DNA from: Paecilomyces variotii
Lineage: Eukaryota
Length of the DNA: 64,000 nt
Assembly: GCA_004022145.1 (NCBI GenBank)
Contig: RCNU01000006.1
Reading direction: 5' to 3' (one strand)
Shown: positions 15,966-28,893 of the stretch, piece after piece
How positions within the stretch are numbered: the stretch's first letter is position 1
Layout: every line of letters starts with the position of its first letter
Notes under the pieces: model-generated
The model's database searches: none
The model's input: only the letters and a program-made list of their open reading frames with translations
What the model was told of the DNA's origin: nothing
Program-made: the position numbers and the translations under genes

Positions 15966-16918
15966 TCATCGCTAATATGTTTCGGTTCCCCTGAGGATAC
16001 AACATGGGGCTTAGCGGTGCCTATTTGGGACTATTATCGCACACATGTTGTCGCTGGCTATGAAACAGTGTACTTGTACTGCTTCTTCGAGCATAGTTGA
16101 AATTGTTGACCATCAATAATAATAAATAAACTCTTTGCCATCGCAGAAAATAAGGGTATAACCGAGGTTTTGCATATTGCATATTCCCCGCAGTTGCGGC
16201 GTCGGTTTATTCCGAGATAAGAAAAGCTTGGATGAACTGTACTCAACTAAGTGCATAAACAACATGAATTCATCATTATTATCAACGAACTTTTAGCGAG
16301 ATATGACCAGCACTCACCTCTGACCTCTTTCGTGATGGGATGTCGTGTAAGTGTCAGCTTCTAGCCCGCTTCTATACCGCATTTAGTTTGAATACCCCAG
16401 AGCGTTGAGCGCCAGATGGCCCGCCCACTCCGCGGACTCAACGCCGGCATCACACGAGGCATCGATGGCGACGCGCTTTGCCCCTGGATCGTCTTTGCAG
16501 CGGTGACCCCGAAAAGATCGGTCGCTGGACCCGGGTAATGGCTGAAATTAATGAGGTAGTTTATTATCATTCTGTTCGAGGATCAAATGTGACGTACAAG
16601 GCTTTGTTTACGATTCAATTGTCCAGCCTAGAAAAGCGAAGCAATTAGTGGGCTATCGTAACCCTTCTGGGGGGATGTATCAACAGCCTGGTAAGGTCGG
16701 ATCGACAATGGGCTGAAATCTTATGGAGACGGTCTGTTTTAGCTTCTGGGCTTCCCTCATCATGAATGTCTCTCTGTCCTTTCTCTCTTTTTTTTTTTGC
16801 AGCGTCGACCTTGCAGATATAAGGCGGTCGATTCATTGCTTGCCTCAGAGGACTCGTTCGTTTAAGATCCTCTGTCCAACGTCCGGAATCGTCTTGGCGA
16901 TATCTCGACCTTTACAAG

Positions 16919-18754
16919 ATGGTCGCCTTCAAATTGCCGTGGGCTCACAGACCAGCAAACGGCTCTGCAGCAGAAAACGCCCCGCTACTTGGAGCTCCAG
17001 GAAAACCTCATGCCACTAACCGAAATAGCAACCTGCATCATGAAAATGGAAATGGGAATTATGTGAATGGCCTCCCCAGGTCAAGGGTGCGATGGGAGAG
17101 CCCTACGAGACACCTGAGTTATGGAGTACAGATGCCACAGGCTCCTGGTGTTAGTCGTTATTTTGTAAGTTGGCGTATACACCCCAGGATACTGCTTGAT
17201 TAAATAATGGCATTACATTAACACCATGGAATGTGCAGATCCAAGAGCCAAACAGACGTTCGAGACTACCGGTCTTTCTACAGCTGCGAGGGAGCGTCAT
17301 GCCGAAAATGATATTCAAAACTGCTTTCGTAGCAGTCTGGTCCGCCTTGGTTACCACCATCTCTATTTATGCTTATGACCGTATGTGAGATATCTTCTGA
17401 TATACGTCGACGATAGAGAAGTGGTTGCTGATTTGAATATACCTATAGTTAGCATCAACAACATTCTGTTGACAGTTCTGGGTGTTGTTGTTGGTCTGGC
17501 TTTGTCTTTTCGGAGCTCAACTGCATATGACAGGTAAATAGTATATATATACCATGACTGCTGTGAAATACACTGACATCGAGCTCAGATTTAGTGATGG
17601 ACGCAAGTACTGGGCATTGCTGACCCAGACTTGTCGGGACCTTGCCCGTGTCATTTGGGTTAGCGTTGAAGAACGATCTGGGGAGCAGGGAAAGGATGAC
17701 GTACTAGGAAAACTGTATGATTTCTCAATGGAAAACCAGGGAGCATTTACTGACTGTCTAGTAGAACCGCATTGAACCTGATCCTTGCATTCACTATTGC
17801 ACTAAAACATAAATTGCGCTTTGAGCCTCTCATCTGCTATGAAGATTTGACCGGGCTCATTGGCTATCTCGACACATTCCTAAAGGAGCAGAATCTCCTC
17901 CGTGCAAATCAGAACGGAAACGTGCCGCATGACCCGCGCAAGAAGGCGAACGGTGCCCATGGGCTTCAGTTTCCTGCGTTTGGCTCCCAGAAGTTGATCA
18001 GAGAGTCCGAAAAGCCGCTGGAGCAGCTTCCTCTGGAGATCCTCAATCATATCTCAGCATATATCGACTACGTTTCTAAGAATGGCACTTTGGTATCAAC
18101 TCACCAGGGAGAATGCGGTAAGTCTCATTAGATCTGGTCTATATATTGCGTCTCTGACGAAGATAGTGTCGGCCGTTGCTACGCTGAATGAAGTATTGAC
18201 TGGCACCGAGCGAGTTTTGGAAACGCCTCTTCCAGCAGCATATACAATCGCCATATCGCAGATTACATGGGTTTACGTCCTCCTTCTTCCTTTCCAACTA
18301 TTCAGTTACCTAGGCTGGATAACTATTCCTGGTTCCATTGGTAATCACACCCTCATATCTACACTAGTCTGGTCATTAAACTAACACGGATATAGTCGGA
18401 GCATACATTATTCTTGGTCTTTCCGCCATCGGCGAAGAAGTGGAGAATCCATTTGGCCACGATGCGAACGATCTTCCCTTGGACTACTACTGTGAACGCC
18501 TGGCTAGAGAGTTCAGCGTTATGACGGCAACACCGCCTCCGAGATACAACGAGTTTGCTGAACGCGAGGACAACTATGTCCTGTACCCATTGAGTCTCAG
18601 CGGATTCACGGAGTGGAAGACCCGCTCTATGACGGATATCCGTGCAGCATTGAGAACGAACGCAGCTCTTGACACCCCCATCTTTACTATCAGCAGTCCT
18701 GTACTTGAGGAGGAAGAATTTGATCAGCACCCAGCACCTACTCAAACTGTTTAA
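16919..18754 (+). CDS. Bestrophin-like (UPF0187/YneE/VCCN-type) anion channel, multi-exon
   Basis: LRGSVMPKM, LLTVLGVVVGLALSFRSSTAYDRFSDGRKYW, ERVLETPLPAAYTIAISQITWVY, IGEEVENPFGHDANDLPLD across about 6 introns. Confidence 0.85.
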
Positions 18755-19648
18755 AAGCGGGATTTCAGGGGACTATACTAAGAGTGCTTCTAATGTCGCC
18801 CTCGTCATGTTCGCATCGACTAACTAGTTTAAATATGTGCATACATCTCGGCGTAGTTCCAAATTAACTCGGCGTGGTTCCGAATCCTGCCAGTGCTTTT
18901 TGCCTTCCTAAAGTAAACCCAAACTGTGCTGCGGCTTCTCTGAGCATATGAAGAAAACGGTGAGAAGCTTGCTTTCTCGTTGGGATGCCGGCTCATCGTG
19001 GTCTAAATTCTGGCGGTGAAACGGTATGCTGGTAGTTTGGTTTCTATTCCGTGAGTGTAATCCAAATTCCTGTGAAGCATGCCAGTATGCTGATGTTCCC
19101 CAGGCGAACTCCCTCAATAATGGCTCTATACGACCGGGGAGGTACAGAAGACAGGGCAGTGTTTCTAGGAGTTTCTAGAATATTTATCCGACGGCTGATT
19201 TGTTTCATGATTTAGGATGATCGCCAAGGCAGAAGTAGCATGGATGTGGCTACTCACCGAGGCCATGGTAATCACCAGCTTAAGGTAATAGGGACACGAT
19301 CTGTTAGGGAAGTAGGAACCGCATCGAGGACCTCTTTGATCGTTCAATGACTGGCTATTTTACATAAAGATATACCTCTTTCGGTACCAACCCCAGCATT
19401 CTAATGTTTTGATTCAGTAGAATGAAACTTCCCTGCATTTACTGACATCAGCGTTCCTATGTACTCGCTATTAATGATAGATACTCAGTCATATTCCACA
19501 AGCAAGGAAATGTATTAATTAGACATAAGCTTTGTGAGTATTAAACAATTAATAATAGATGAATATAATCCCAAGTCATCCGACATACGCAAAGTCGGAA
19601 AATCAGCACTAGAGGTCTTCTTGGTCATCACGGCTGATGAACCACAGC

Positions 19649-21371
19649 CTAGTATCGGTGCTGTTCGTGATGTTGGTCTGGAATCTGGATAGTCTGGCCA
19701 CTTTTAAGAGCCCCATTCACCACCACGCCTCCTGCAACGCCACTGACACCCCGATAAAGATGATTGTCACCGCTCTTGACTGTGAAATTGGCTAGCGAAA
19801 TCTCGCCGGGATTGCGAGTCATAATGGTAGGCATGCCAAAGTATTGGGCCTCAACTTCCTTTGGAGTGATATGCAGCTCAAAGTAGCCACGATAGTATAG
19901 TTCCGACCATTGCAGCTCTCTATTTATAGCAATAAGTGCCTTAGAGGCTTCAACAGAGAGTTCAATACTAATACTCTGCCCATATGGAGAAGGCGAGCTG
20001 ATAGCAGTACCGGCAAATTCAACACCAACTGATCCTATCCCAGTTGCCGGGTTATAAGGACTCTAATCAAGCCAGACCAAGTCACTCACCCAGTTAGCAT
20101 GGGAATCACCGGCAATCATGATAGTGTTCTCAATCTTATTATCATAAAGAGTTTTCAGTGTTCGGTTTCGGTTTGCCTGATATCCATCCCATTGGTCGTA
20201 GTTGAGTGGGTTCTTATCCCCATAAGCTACAGACTGATCGATATGAGAAAAGACTAGTCGATGGTTAATTCGATAGTTGCATGAATTCATTCAAGACTTG
20301 CCTGTTTGACTGCCAATTATCCGCCACGAGGCTCCCCGTTGGGCTGATTCCAGCAGGGAATGGTAGAACCAACTTTCCTGACGGGCTCCCATCATAGAAC
20401 GGCCAGCGTCATTAGACAACTCATGAACATAGTCTGTGTTCCAGTACAGATCTGTAATAGAGCGGTTGTAATTTCGGGTGTCTAACATGATTAGATCCAC
20501 AGGATTTCCTAGCTTAAAATTCCTCCAGATGCGAAGATTATCATCCATATCTGCCTGGCTATTTAGTTGTTAGCCTAAATAAGGACATAATAAAGTCCCC
20601 AGTTAACTTACCGAATGGGCATCCATTCAAAATACGCACGAACTGCATTCATTTTCCGCTGGTCAACAGAGACACCACCATCATTAATAAATGAAACTTC
20701 GGTATTATTTAACTCAGAAGAACCATCTCGATAGGTATTGTCTGCAACATCTATTGATTCTTACAGTCTATTTATCATACTTTAGCTTGAAACATACCGT
20801 GATCATCCCAGACTGGAATCCAGGCAAATTTTTCATGGTTCGCAAGTAGGTCCAGGTCAGTTCGGTATGTTGCCAGGCGCTTTCGATAATCATAAAGTGT
20901 GTAGATCTCTCTGCCGGGCAGTGGGACGCGCCCAATACTGTTTCCCCAACCGCTAGATAAATACTATTAGTATCCCCTAGTAATACTATTCTCCTCCCCT
21001 GAGACCACTTACTACGTAGTCCCCATTCTTATATTCATAAATGTAGTCGCTGCCATTCCTGTCAACTTTCATCATGACGTCGTTTTGATGTTAATTGCCC
21101 TTACCCAAGATGCAAGACATAGTCCACGGAGTCCTTTCGCACAGGGTTTCCAAATGCGTTAAAGAAACCAAATGCTAGTAAAATAATCAGTATAAAGCAG
21201 CTTCAAGTAAGTAGAGATAGAGTACATACGGTAGTTACTGCATGAATAGACAGCAAGATTGATGTTTTGCACAGAATCCTGTGCAGCAGGCGAAGTCTTT
21301 GTACGTCCAATTGGACTTGGAACTGGTAGTAATATGGGGTAAACGATTGCAGGTTGTTGAACTAACTGCAT
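19649..21371 (-). pseudogene. Alkaline phosphatase D (PhoD) family, disrupted
   Basis: SPIGRTKT, LAVYSCSNY, HLGDYIYEY, WDDH, LDTRNY, DQWDGY, GDSHANW; in-frame TAG at 20063-20065; no signal peptide or N-terminal domain found upstream. Confidence 0.82.
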
Positions 21372-22637
21372 GGTAAAAATGCCAGTTTGCAGGCGATCGC
21401 TCCCCAGCCTGGCTGTCCACTGAGTAAGTATGCCAAGTAATTATCAAGAGTTAACAAATTTTCATTAGAATTAATAATTTATTTTCATATGGCACCATTG
21501 TCTTCGATTTTATGTTTATGCCATGTCAGCCGGGGAGCATGAGTCTCAGCATTCCTCGTTATAAACTCATAGAATGTCCCGGGGTTTTCGGTCTGAGGTA
21601 GCGGAATTAAGCTCTCATGATGGATATGAAATGTCGAATCTCCAGACATATGGCGGGAACTTCCCGTGGTCAAGTAACAGATAAGACCAGCATCGCCTAA
21701 ACGTCAACCAGACAACAGTAAACGCTCACTGATGAATCTGTGGAGAGATTCCGTCCCGTCATTCATCTGCCTTTGAAGTGCGTTCTACTTGACTCAAGGG
21801 TCATACCGTGTCGTATGACTTCGCTCTGGGAACTTTGATTCTCATCTAGGTCCCTTCCCGTTCACTGGTTCTTGTCCGGTCAATTAGTGCAACCGGAAGA
21901 GTACCATAGCCACTTAAAGTACTTCACTATCGCGGCCGATACCTCGGGCGGCTCAAAGATAAGAGGCACAGAGTGTTCGTTGACTTCAGTTCGTACCCAT
22001 CCTATGTCGAAGTGGAAATCGAGTGCTGAGATCTCCATACGATGATGCCCAATGTTTCCTGTCGGCACTAACGTATGAGATCCATGGATACGTATCCGAA
22101 TTCCCGGAATGAAATGACGGCACGTAAGCTGGTTATCTACACGGGCTGTTCCAGAATACGAATCATCACCAACTTAGTTAAGCTCCACACTAAGTAGGTA
22201 ATCCAGTTGCAGAGAGCCTAACCACTTCCAGACTGGCTTCATACAGACTCGGAGCGTATGGTACAGGAAACGGCAACCATATCAGGGTAAACGTGGATGA
22301 AAGTAGAACAGGAGTGATTCCCTATGACAGGTCGTAGAAACATCTGTCGGAGATATACGGTGTTTTATCTTATTTAACTCCGCAAACCCATACTAGAGTA
22401 GTAGGTATGTACATTACATCGGACATAGCTATATGGTCCCATCGGATATAGCTCTATGGTCTTGTGACATGGCAATTACCGGTCGTGAGGGTGAAGAGCT
22501 ACATATAAGAGAGATTTCTGGGCGATTACTTCTTTAGCAATAGTCCCTCTTGATTCTCTTCAAACTTTGCTTTGCTCACCAGCCTATATCCTTTTCTACT
22601 GTTCACCCGTACGAACTTCATTACTGCAAACGCCAGC

Positions 22638-23838
22638 ATGGTCAATGCAATCCAATTCCGTGGATCTCCCGAGGGGAAGGTCGTGCAAACAACGTTCACT
22701 CTTCCTGCTATCCAGGCAGATGAGGTTCTGGTGCGAGTAACCCACAGTGGACTTTGCGGTAGTGACATTCACGCGCTCAACAAGCCATTGGTGCTTGGAC
22801 ATGAAGGTTAGTAGCATACAGATTATTATCCAAAGGGTCTACATGGGACAAATAATGAGCTTACGTTGGTAGGGATTGGAATTATCGAGGAACTTGGCTC
22901 CGCAGTCACCCTCTTCAAGGTTGGAGACAGAGTTGGCTGGGGTCCACTAAACTCAACGTGCAGCTTATGCGAGTTCTGTCGCACTGGCCGGGATGCGTAT
23001 TGTCCAGAAGCGAGGACGTATAGCATGGTCGATTTCGATACCTTGGGATCTGTGTGCAGTCATGCCGTGCGCAAGCAACAGTGGATCTTCCACATTCCTG
23101 ATGCGCTCTCCTCGGAAAACGCCGCTCCTCTCATGTGTGAGTTTCAAAGAATATCAGTCTGTTCATCTACGTTACTGGTTTTCTCTAATTATTCTTTCTC
23201 CAGGTGGTGGTGGCACCGTGTGGGTTCCTCTGGTCGAGCAGTGCAGACCTTACGAGCGCGTTGGGATCGTCGGCATCGGTGGTCTCGGTCATCTCACCAT
23301 TCAATATGCCAGTAAGATGGGTTGCGACGTCGTGGCGTTTTCCTCCACGGAAGAAAAGCGGGAGGAAGCTCTAAAACTCGGTGCGAACGAGTTTTATGCC
23401 ACAAAGGGGATCGAAGATTACTCTCTCCTAGGCCTGAAAAAGCCAGTGGACCGCCTTCTGATTACCACTTCCGCGAAGTTGGACATCGGGATCTTCTATC
23501 CAATCTTGAATCGTAACGCCACTATTGTGCCACTTTCAGTCGACGGGGGCAACTTCACCGCACCATACTTTCCAACAGTCTATCATGGACAGAGAATTAT
23601 CGGCAGTTGTGTCTGTAGTCAGTTTCTTCAGTATGTGTGACTATATGAAAACCACATTGGCAGGGCCCATGGCTAATTTTCTGATTGCAGAGACAAAGCT
23701 TTAGACTTTGCAGCGCGAAACAAAATCTATGTCGTTGCCGAGAGGTTCCCCATGACATTGGAAGGGGTCACAGCATGTGTGGAAAAACTAGCTAGCGGGA
23801 AGATGCGCTATCGCGGAGTTCTCAGTTGGGAGTATTAA
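22638..23838 (+). CDS. Zinc-dependent (cinnamyl-type, probably NADP) alcohol dehydrogenase, 4 exons
   Basis: GLCGSD, GHEG, GDRVG, CSLCEFC..C structural Zn site, GIGGLG, C-terminal GKMRYRGVL. Confidence 0.9.
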
Positions 23839-24436
23839 CTACATCCATTCCTGTAGTTCTCATGCTGGTTTGTGTACTATTTCCACTTATCATCTATTCT
23901 ATAAGTGGAGTAGGGAAATACAAAAGCGTTGCAAATATGCTGCTGCCTACATGCAAAGCTGAGACCACCGAGATAGGATAAAGCAGTGAATACATCTATG
24001 GACTCAACTTTTGTTTCAAGAACTAGCTAGTAGTATAGTAGCGCAATATTCGATAATGCTTTATTTAGAGACATTGATCTTACGGAAGAAGAGAAACGAG
24101 AGAATTCTCGTGCTGTGTTACCGAGACAATAACCCCGCGGTATCCTCCTGCCTTATGTTAATCATCCCTCAATTAATCTATACCCCAAGGCTATCTTACG
24201 CCTCTTATTGTATAGCTTACTAGATTTTATTGAGAGCAGCTATCGCTGTAGCCAGGCTCTGCATCCCAATAGATTCAATTCTATGCTTCAATAAAATTGA
24301 GATGGTCGAGGTTAAGCATGTAGATTCCCCTATCGACTGAAGCAGCGGGTCCGTATTATGGAATCAAAGATAAGATGGATGCTCAAAAGTGATTTTCGAC
24401 GCTCATATACTACTTTTCCTCTACGAGCATCCGACT

Positions 24437-25729
24437 TCAGTGTCCCACCAACGCCTGCTGTGCGGGAGCATATCTGTTGCCGTGCGGCTTGGCGGCATCA
24501 ATGACTTTCCTCATCTCTCGTTTCTCTTCTTCCGTAAGATCAATGTCTCTAGACGCCCAATTTTCCTCCAATCGCTTTGCTTTGGTTGTGCCTGGTATGG
24601 CAATCATTCCTTGCGCAGCAACCCAGGCCAGAGCAATTTGAGCTGTAGTGCAACCTCTTTTTAAAGCAAGCTTTGTAATTTCTTCAACGATGGCTCGATT
24701 TTTATAAAAGTTCTCGCCTTGGAACTTGGGAACTAGAGACCAGCAAGTTCGGTGTGAGAGCTTTGTTACGGATGGCTCGGCAGATATGATTGGAATGGAG
24801 ACTCACTCTTCCGTCGGAAATCATCGGGCGCAAAATCATCGGGGGACTTGTATTGGAATTCATCAACCAGCCAGCCGTGGCCCAAGGGGCTGTAAGCCAC
24901 GTAGGCCACACCAAGTTCCCTCGCAGTCTCGATGAGACCATCCGTCTCGTGCAAGGTCTCAAAAGCTGAATATTCCGCTTGAACGGCATCAATCTTGGCA
25001 ACTACGAGTGAGAGTCAGTGCCGCGTTCAATGTTGAAAAAAATGGCGAGGAAGAATCTCACTCGAATTGGCCTTACGCAGTGTAGCGGCAGAACATTCAG
25101 AGAGACCAATGTATTTCGTTTTCCCTGCCTTTCGGAGTTCATCAAGCGCGGGAATCGACTCTTCGAGAGGGGTTCCTGTCGAGGTTTTCATCAGTAGACG
25201 AAATAACAGTACAGATGGCGAGACGCACTTGGATCAATCCGATGAAGATAGTAGAGGTCTGGTGCAAAACCAAGTCTCTCAATGGTACCTTCGATGTACT
25301 CTTTGATGTGAGAGGCCGAGTTCGTGACATTCCCATCGCCACCGAAGACATCGAAACCACATTTTGAGGCGACTAGTGACCCGAGATGCGTTAGAAGTCG
25401 CCGTGGTGGACCAAGGAGGTGTGTGCAACATACTGAAGACCTTGTCGCGCACGTTATATTTCCTGATAAAATCTCCCAGGAGTTTCTCATTGACACCAGC
25501 TTCGTAGACAACCTTCCACAGCCATCAACCTTCTGTGCGACTACTGACAAGAGAAAGCGTCTTGACTCACCGCCGTGTCCCAAAAGGTGCATCCCAGCTC
25601 AATTGCTTTCCGCAGCACCGGTTCAGCCTCGTCGAGACTGAGATGGTTTCCTAAACCAAAGCTCAGACCCATTGCCCCGAAGCCGGGGGAAGGGACGTGA
25701 AAATCTCCAAAGGGGAGTGTCTTGACCAT
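24437..25729 (-). CDS. Aldo-keto reductase (AKR13/YakC-like), multi-exon
   Basis: [55 protein letters not shown]. Confidence 0.88.
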
Positions 25730-26601
25730 GGTGGCTTAACAGCAAAGAATTGCCAGAGCACGTGAGGGATCGTTGGCCGGCGTTGTCTTGATGACAGAGG
25801 AGTCCTGACTGAATCGATGCTAACGCGAGGGATCGAGATCCTCAAATACCCTGTTGTTGTCCCGTGCGGGCTTAATCCCTGTGAGATGTCTGCAATACTG
25901 TTGTTGTAATGTCCGAGGAGATGGGATAGCAAGCCCCCAGAGCGTTCTTCCTGTCTCTTTGTCTTGATGGGCATTTTTCGGACTTTAGCTATATCCGTGA
26001 CTGGTAGCTTACCCTTCGTCGAGCTGAGCCACGGATGGTAATCAGTAACTAACATTGCATGTACTGTAGCAATGGCGTGGCGAAGACATCATCGACCACA
26101 GAAAGGAATACTACTACTATCTATACTACAGACATGTCTTTAAAGCGTATTGACTATTGGCTATAATATTAATAATAATTGAGTTGCAGGACAGCATCAG
26201 GTACGTACTAGTACAACTAAGGTATGTGGGTAGTGTCAGCCGGTTGCATTAGCGCAATCTGAATACGGTAGTTAAAGCCTTATTAGGCCCACTATCTATC
26301 TACAGAGAAATTCTAGAATTCCTTTTCTTGTTTGTTTGTTCTTTTTTTTTTCTGCTTCAATTTCCCAAACAGGTCACATCAGAGCTCTATGAGTTTGACT
26401 AGAGTTGCTAATAGCACTAAACAAGCCTATAAAAAAAACAAAAAAAAAAAAACTAGTTCTCATGATTGTGGATAGACAGTTAAATGAGCATAATATTAAT
26501 GATGTGGGGGAAGCTTCTGGTCTGTGAGGTCTATGCGTTAACGCTCCCGCAATATCCTAGCTTTGGGCGGTTAGTTCCGGATCGTCTAAGTAATGAATTC
26601 C

Positions 26602-28649
26602 ACACGCTAGTAATATTACTTTTTAATAATACGCAATACATAGCTTGGACGGAAGGTTGTCGTGTTTGCTTCGCTTTATACGGCGAGTAGGCACAGCAAC
26701 GGTGGGTTGGTCGCGAGGTCGCGAGGCGGCGTCTCGCGAGGTGGCGAGGTTTTTGTTACCAGTAGAGTACTAGTAAATTACTATTTTATATTAAAATTAT
26801 ATTAATATATATTAATAGGGAATAAAATCTAAAATTTTAAAATCTGGCGGGGTGGTAAGTATAGGTAAATCTTATCTCGCGGGGCGGTAAGATTGTAATT
26901 GCTGTATTTTATACTAGATATTGCTAAATTTACTAATAGAATTAAAACAGTTTAGTTATAAATTACAATTATACTACCCCGCGAGACCAGGTAAATAACT
27001 GTTAGATCTGTATTAAAATTAAGCAAATACAGGCTATTAGTGCTACTAAATAAATCTGGATTTACTAATAATATTTAATATTTTTTAATAAATATTAAAT
27101 AATAGATTATTAATATATATTAATATTTATTAATATATATTAATATTTATTAATATATATTAGTAATTATTTAATATATTAGTATTTTACTAATAATATT
27201 TAATTATATTAAGTTATAATTAATAATAATTTTAAGATTAAATATATTCTCTCTTTTTTTTCTATAGTATATATTATAAATATATAAAGTATATAGAATT
27301 GAAATTTAAAAAAGAATAAATATTATAATTTATATTAATATAATTTAAAACTTTAAATATTATAATATAAAATAATAAAATATAGTATTACTAGTAAATA
27401 TTAAAATAATTATAAATAAATATAAATTATATTAATAAAATTTAAATATATTAATATTTATTAAAATTATAAAAGAGTATATATTATTTAATTTATTTAG
27501 TTAAATATTAATATATTTAAAATTATTAGTATAATTAGTATAATTTATAGCGACTTTAATATTTATAAAAAACGATTAAGTTTATTATGAGATCTTATAA
27601 TAAATTAAATATTTAATAGTTATTAAAATAAAATAAATAATTATATCTTTTAGAATTTTAGTAAATATTAGATATTTAAAATTTATTATATTAATTAGTA
27701 CTTACTTATAGCTATTTAATATAAAAAAAATATTAGTTAATTTATATTATTATACTAATAAAATTTAAATATATTAATATAAATAAATTAAATTAAATAA
27801 TATATCTCTTTTATAATTTAATAATATTAAATATATTTAAATTTATTAATATAATTATATTATTTATAATTATTTTAATATTTACTAGTATACTATATTT
27901 TATTATTTAAGATTATAATATTTAAAGTTTTAAATTATATTAATATAAATTATAATATATTATTCTTTTTTAAATTTAAAATTATAATTATACTTTATAT
28001 ATTTATAATATATATATATATAGAAAAAAAGAGAGAATATATTTAATCTTAAAATTATTATTAATTATAACTTAATATAATTAAATATTATTAGTAAAAT
28101 ACTAATATATTAAATAATTACTAATATATATTAATAAATATTAATATATATTAATAAATATTAATATATATTAATAAATATTAATATATATTAATAATCT
28201 ATTATTTAATATTTATTAAAAAATATTAAATATTATTAGTAAATCCAGATTTATTTAGTAGCACTAATAGCCTGTATTTGCTTAATTTTAATACAGATCT
28301 AACAGTTATTTACTTAGTCTCGCGGGGTAGTATAATAGTAATTTATAACTAAGCTATTTTAATAGTAATTAGACTTTACTAATAAAACTAGTAATATTTA
28401 GTATAAAATATAAAAATTATAATCTTACCGCCCCGCGAGATAAGATTTATCTGTACTTACCACCCTGCGAGATTTAAAAATTTTAGATTTTATTCTCTAT
28501 TAGTATATATTAGTATAATTTTAATATAAAATAATAATTTACCAGTAACCTACTGGTAACAAAAACCTCGCGACCTCGCGAGACGCCACCTCGCGACCTC
28601 GCGACCCATATAACCGGCACAGCAAGAACAATTAATATTACTAGCGTGT
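26602..28649. repeat. Outer 17-bp perfect inverted repeat ACACGCTAGTAATATTA (26602-26618 / 28633-28649), possible older MITE of about 120 bp
   Basis: Exact reverse-complement pair lying outside the TSDs of the foldback element. Confidence 0.65.
26700..28616. mobile_element. Non-autonomous foldback / Mutator-like DNA transposon, AT-rich
   Basis: Termini CGGT..ACCG; direct repeat GCACAGCAA at 26691-26699 and 28617-28625; inverted arms of about 850 bp (26700-~27545, ~27740-28616); GC-rich TCGCGAGG subterminal repeats; no ORF. Confidence 0.88.
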
Positions 28650-28893
28650 AAATTAAAAATCATTTCATTTCAAGACAGCTTTGACAAACATACAGTATTA
28701 TATGGTATATGGTGTACGGCCTGCAGAGATGAGGCACGTGCGCAACCCTTCTATAAAGGGCAGTGGCTCATCCACTCTGATCTCTGCGCTCCCCTTTCAT
28801 AAGCCAGTTGCATATAAGCTAGTTATTCTTCGTTGTGCTGCACCCACAGTCCGCCAAGTAACAGTCAGTACTTTTCGCTGTCTCGCTCCAAAG

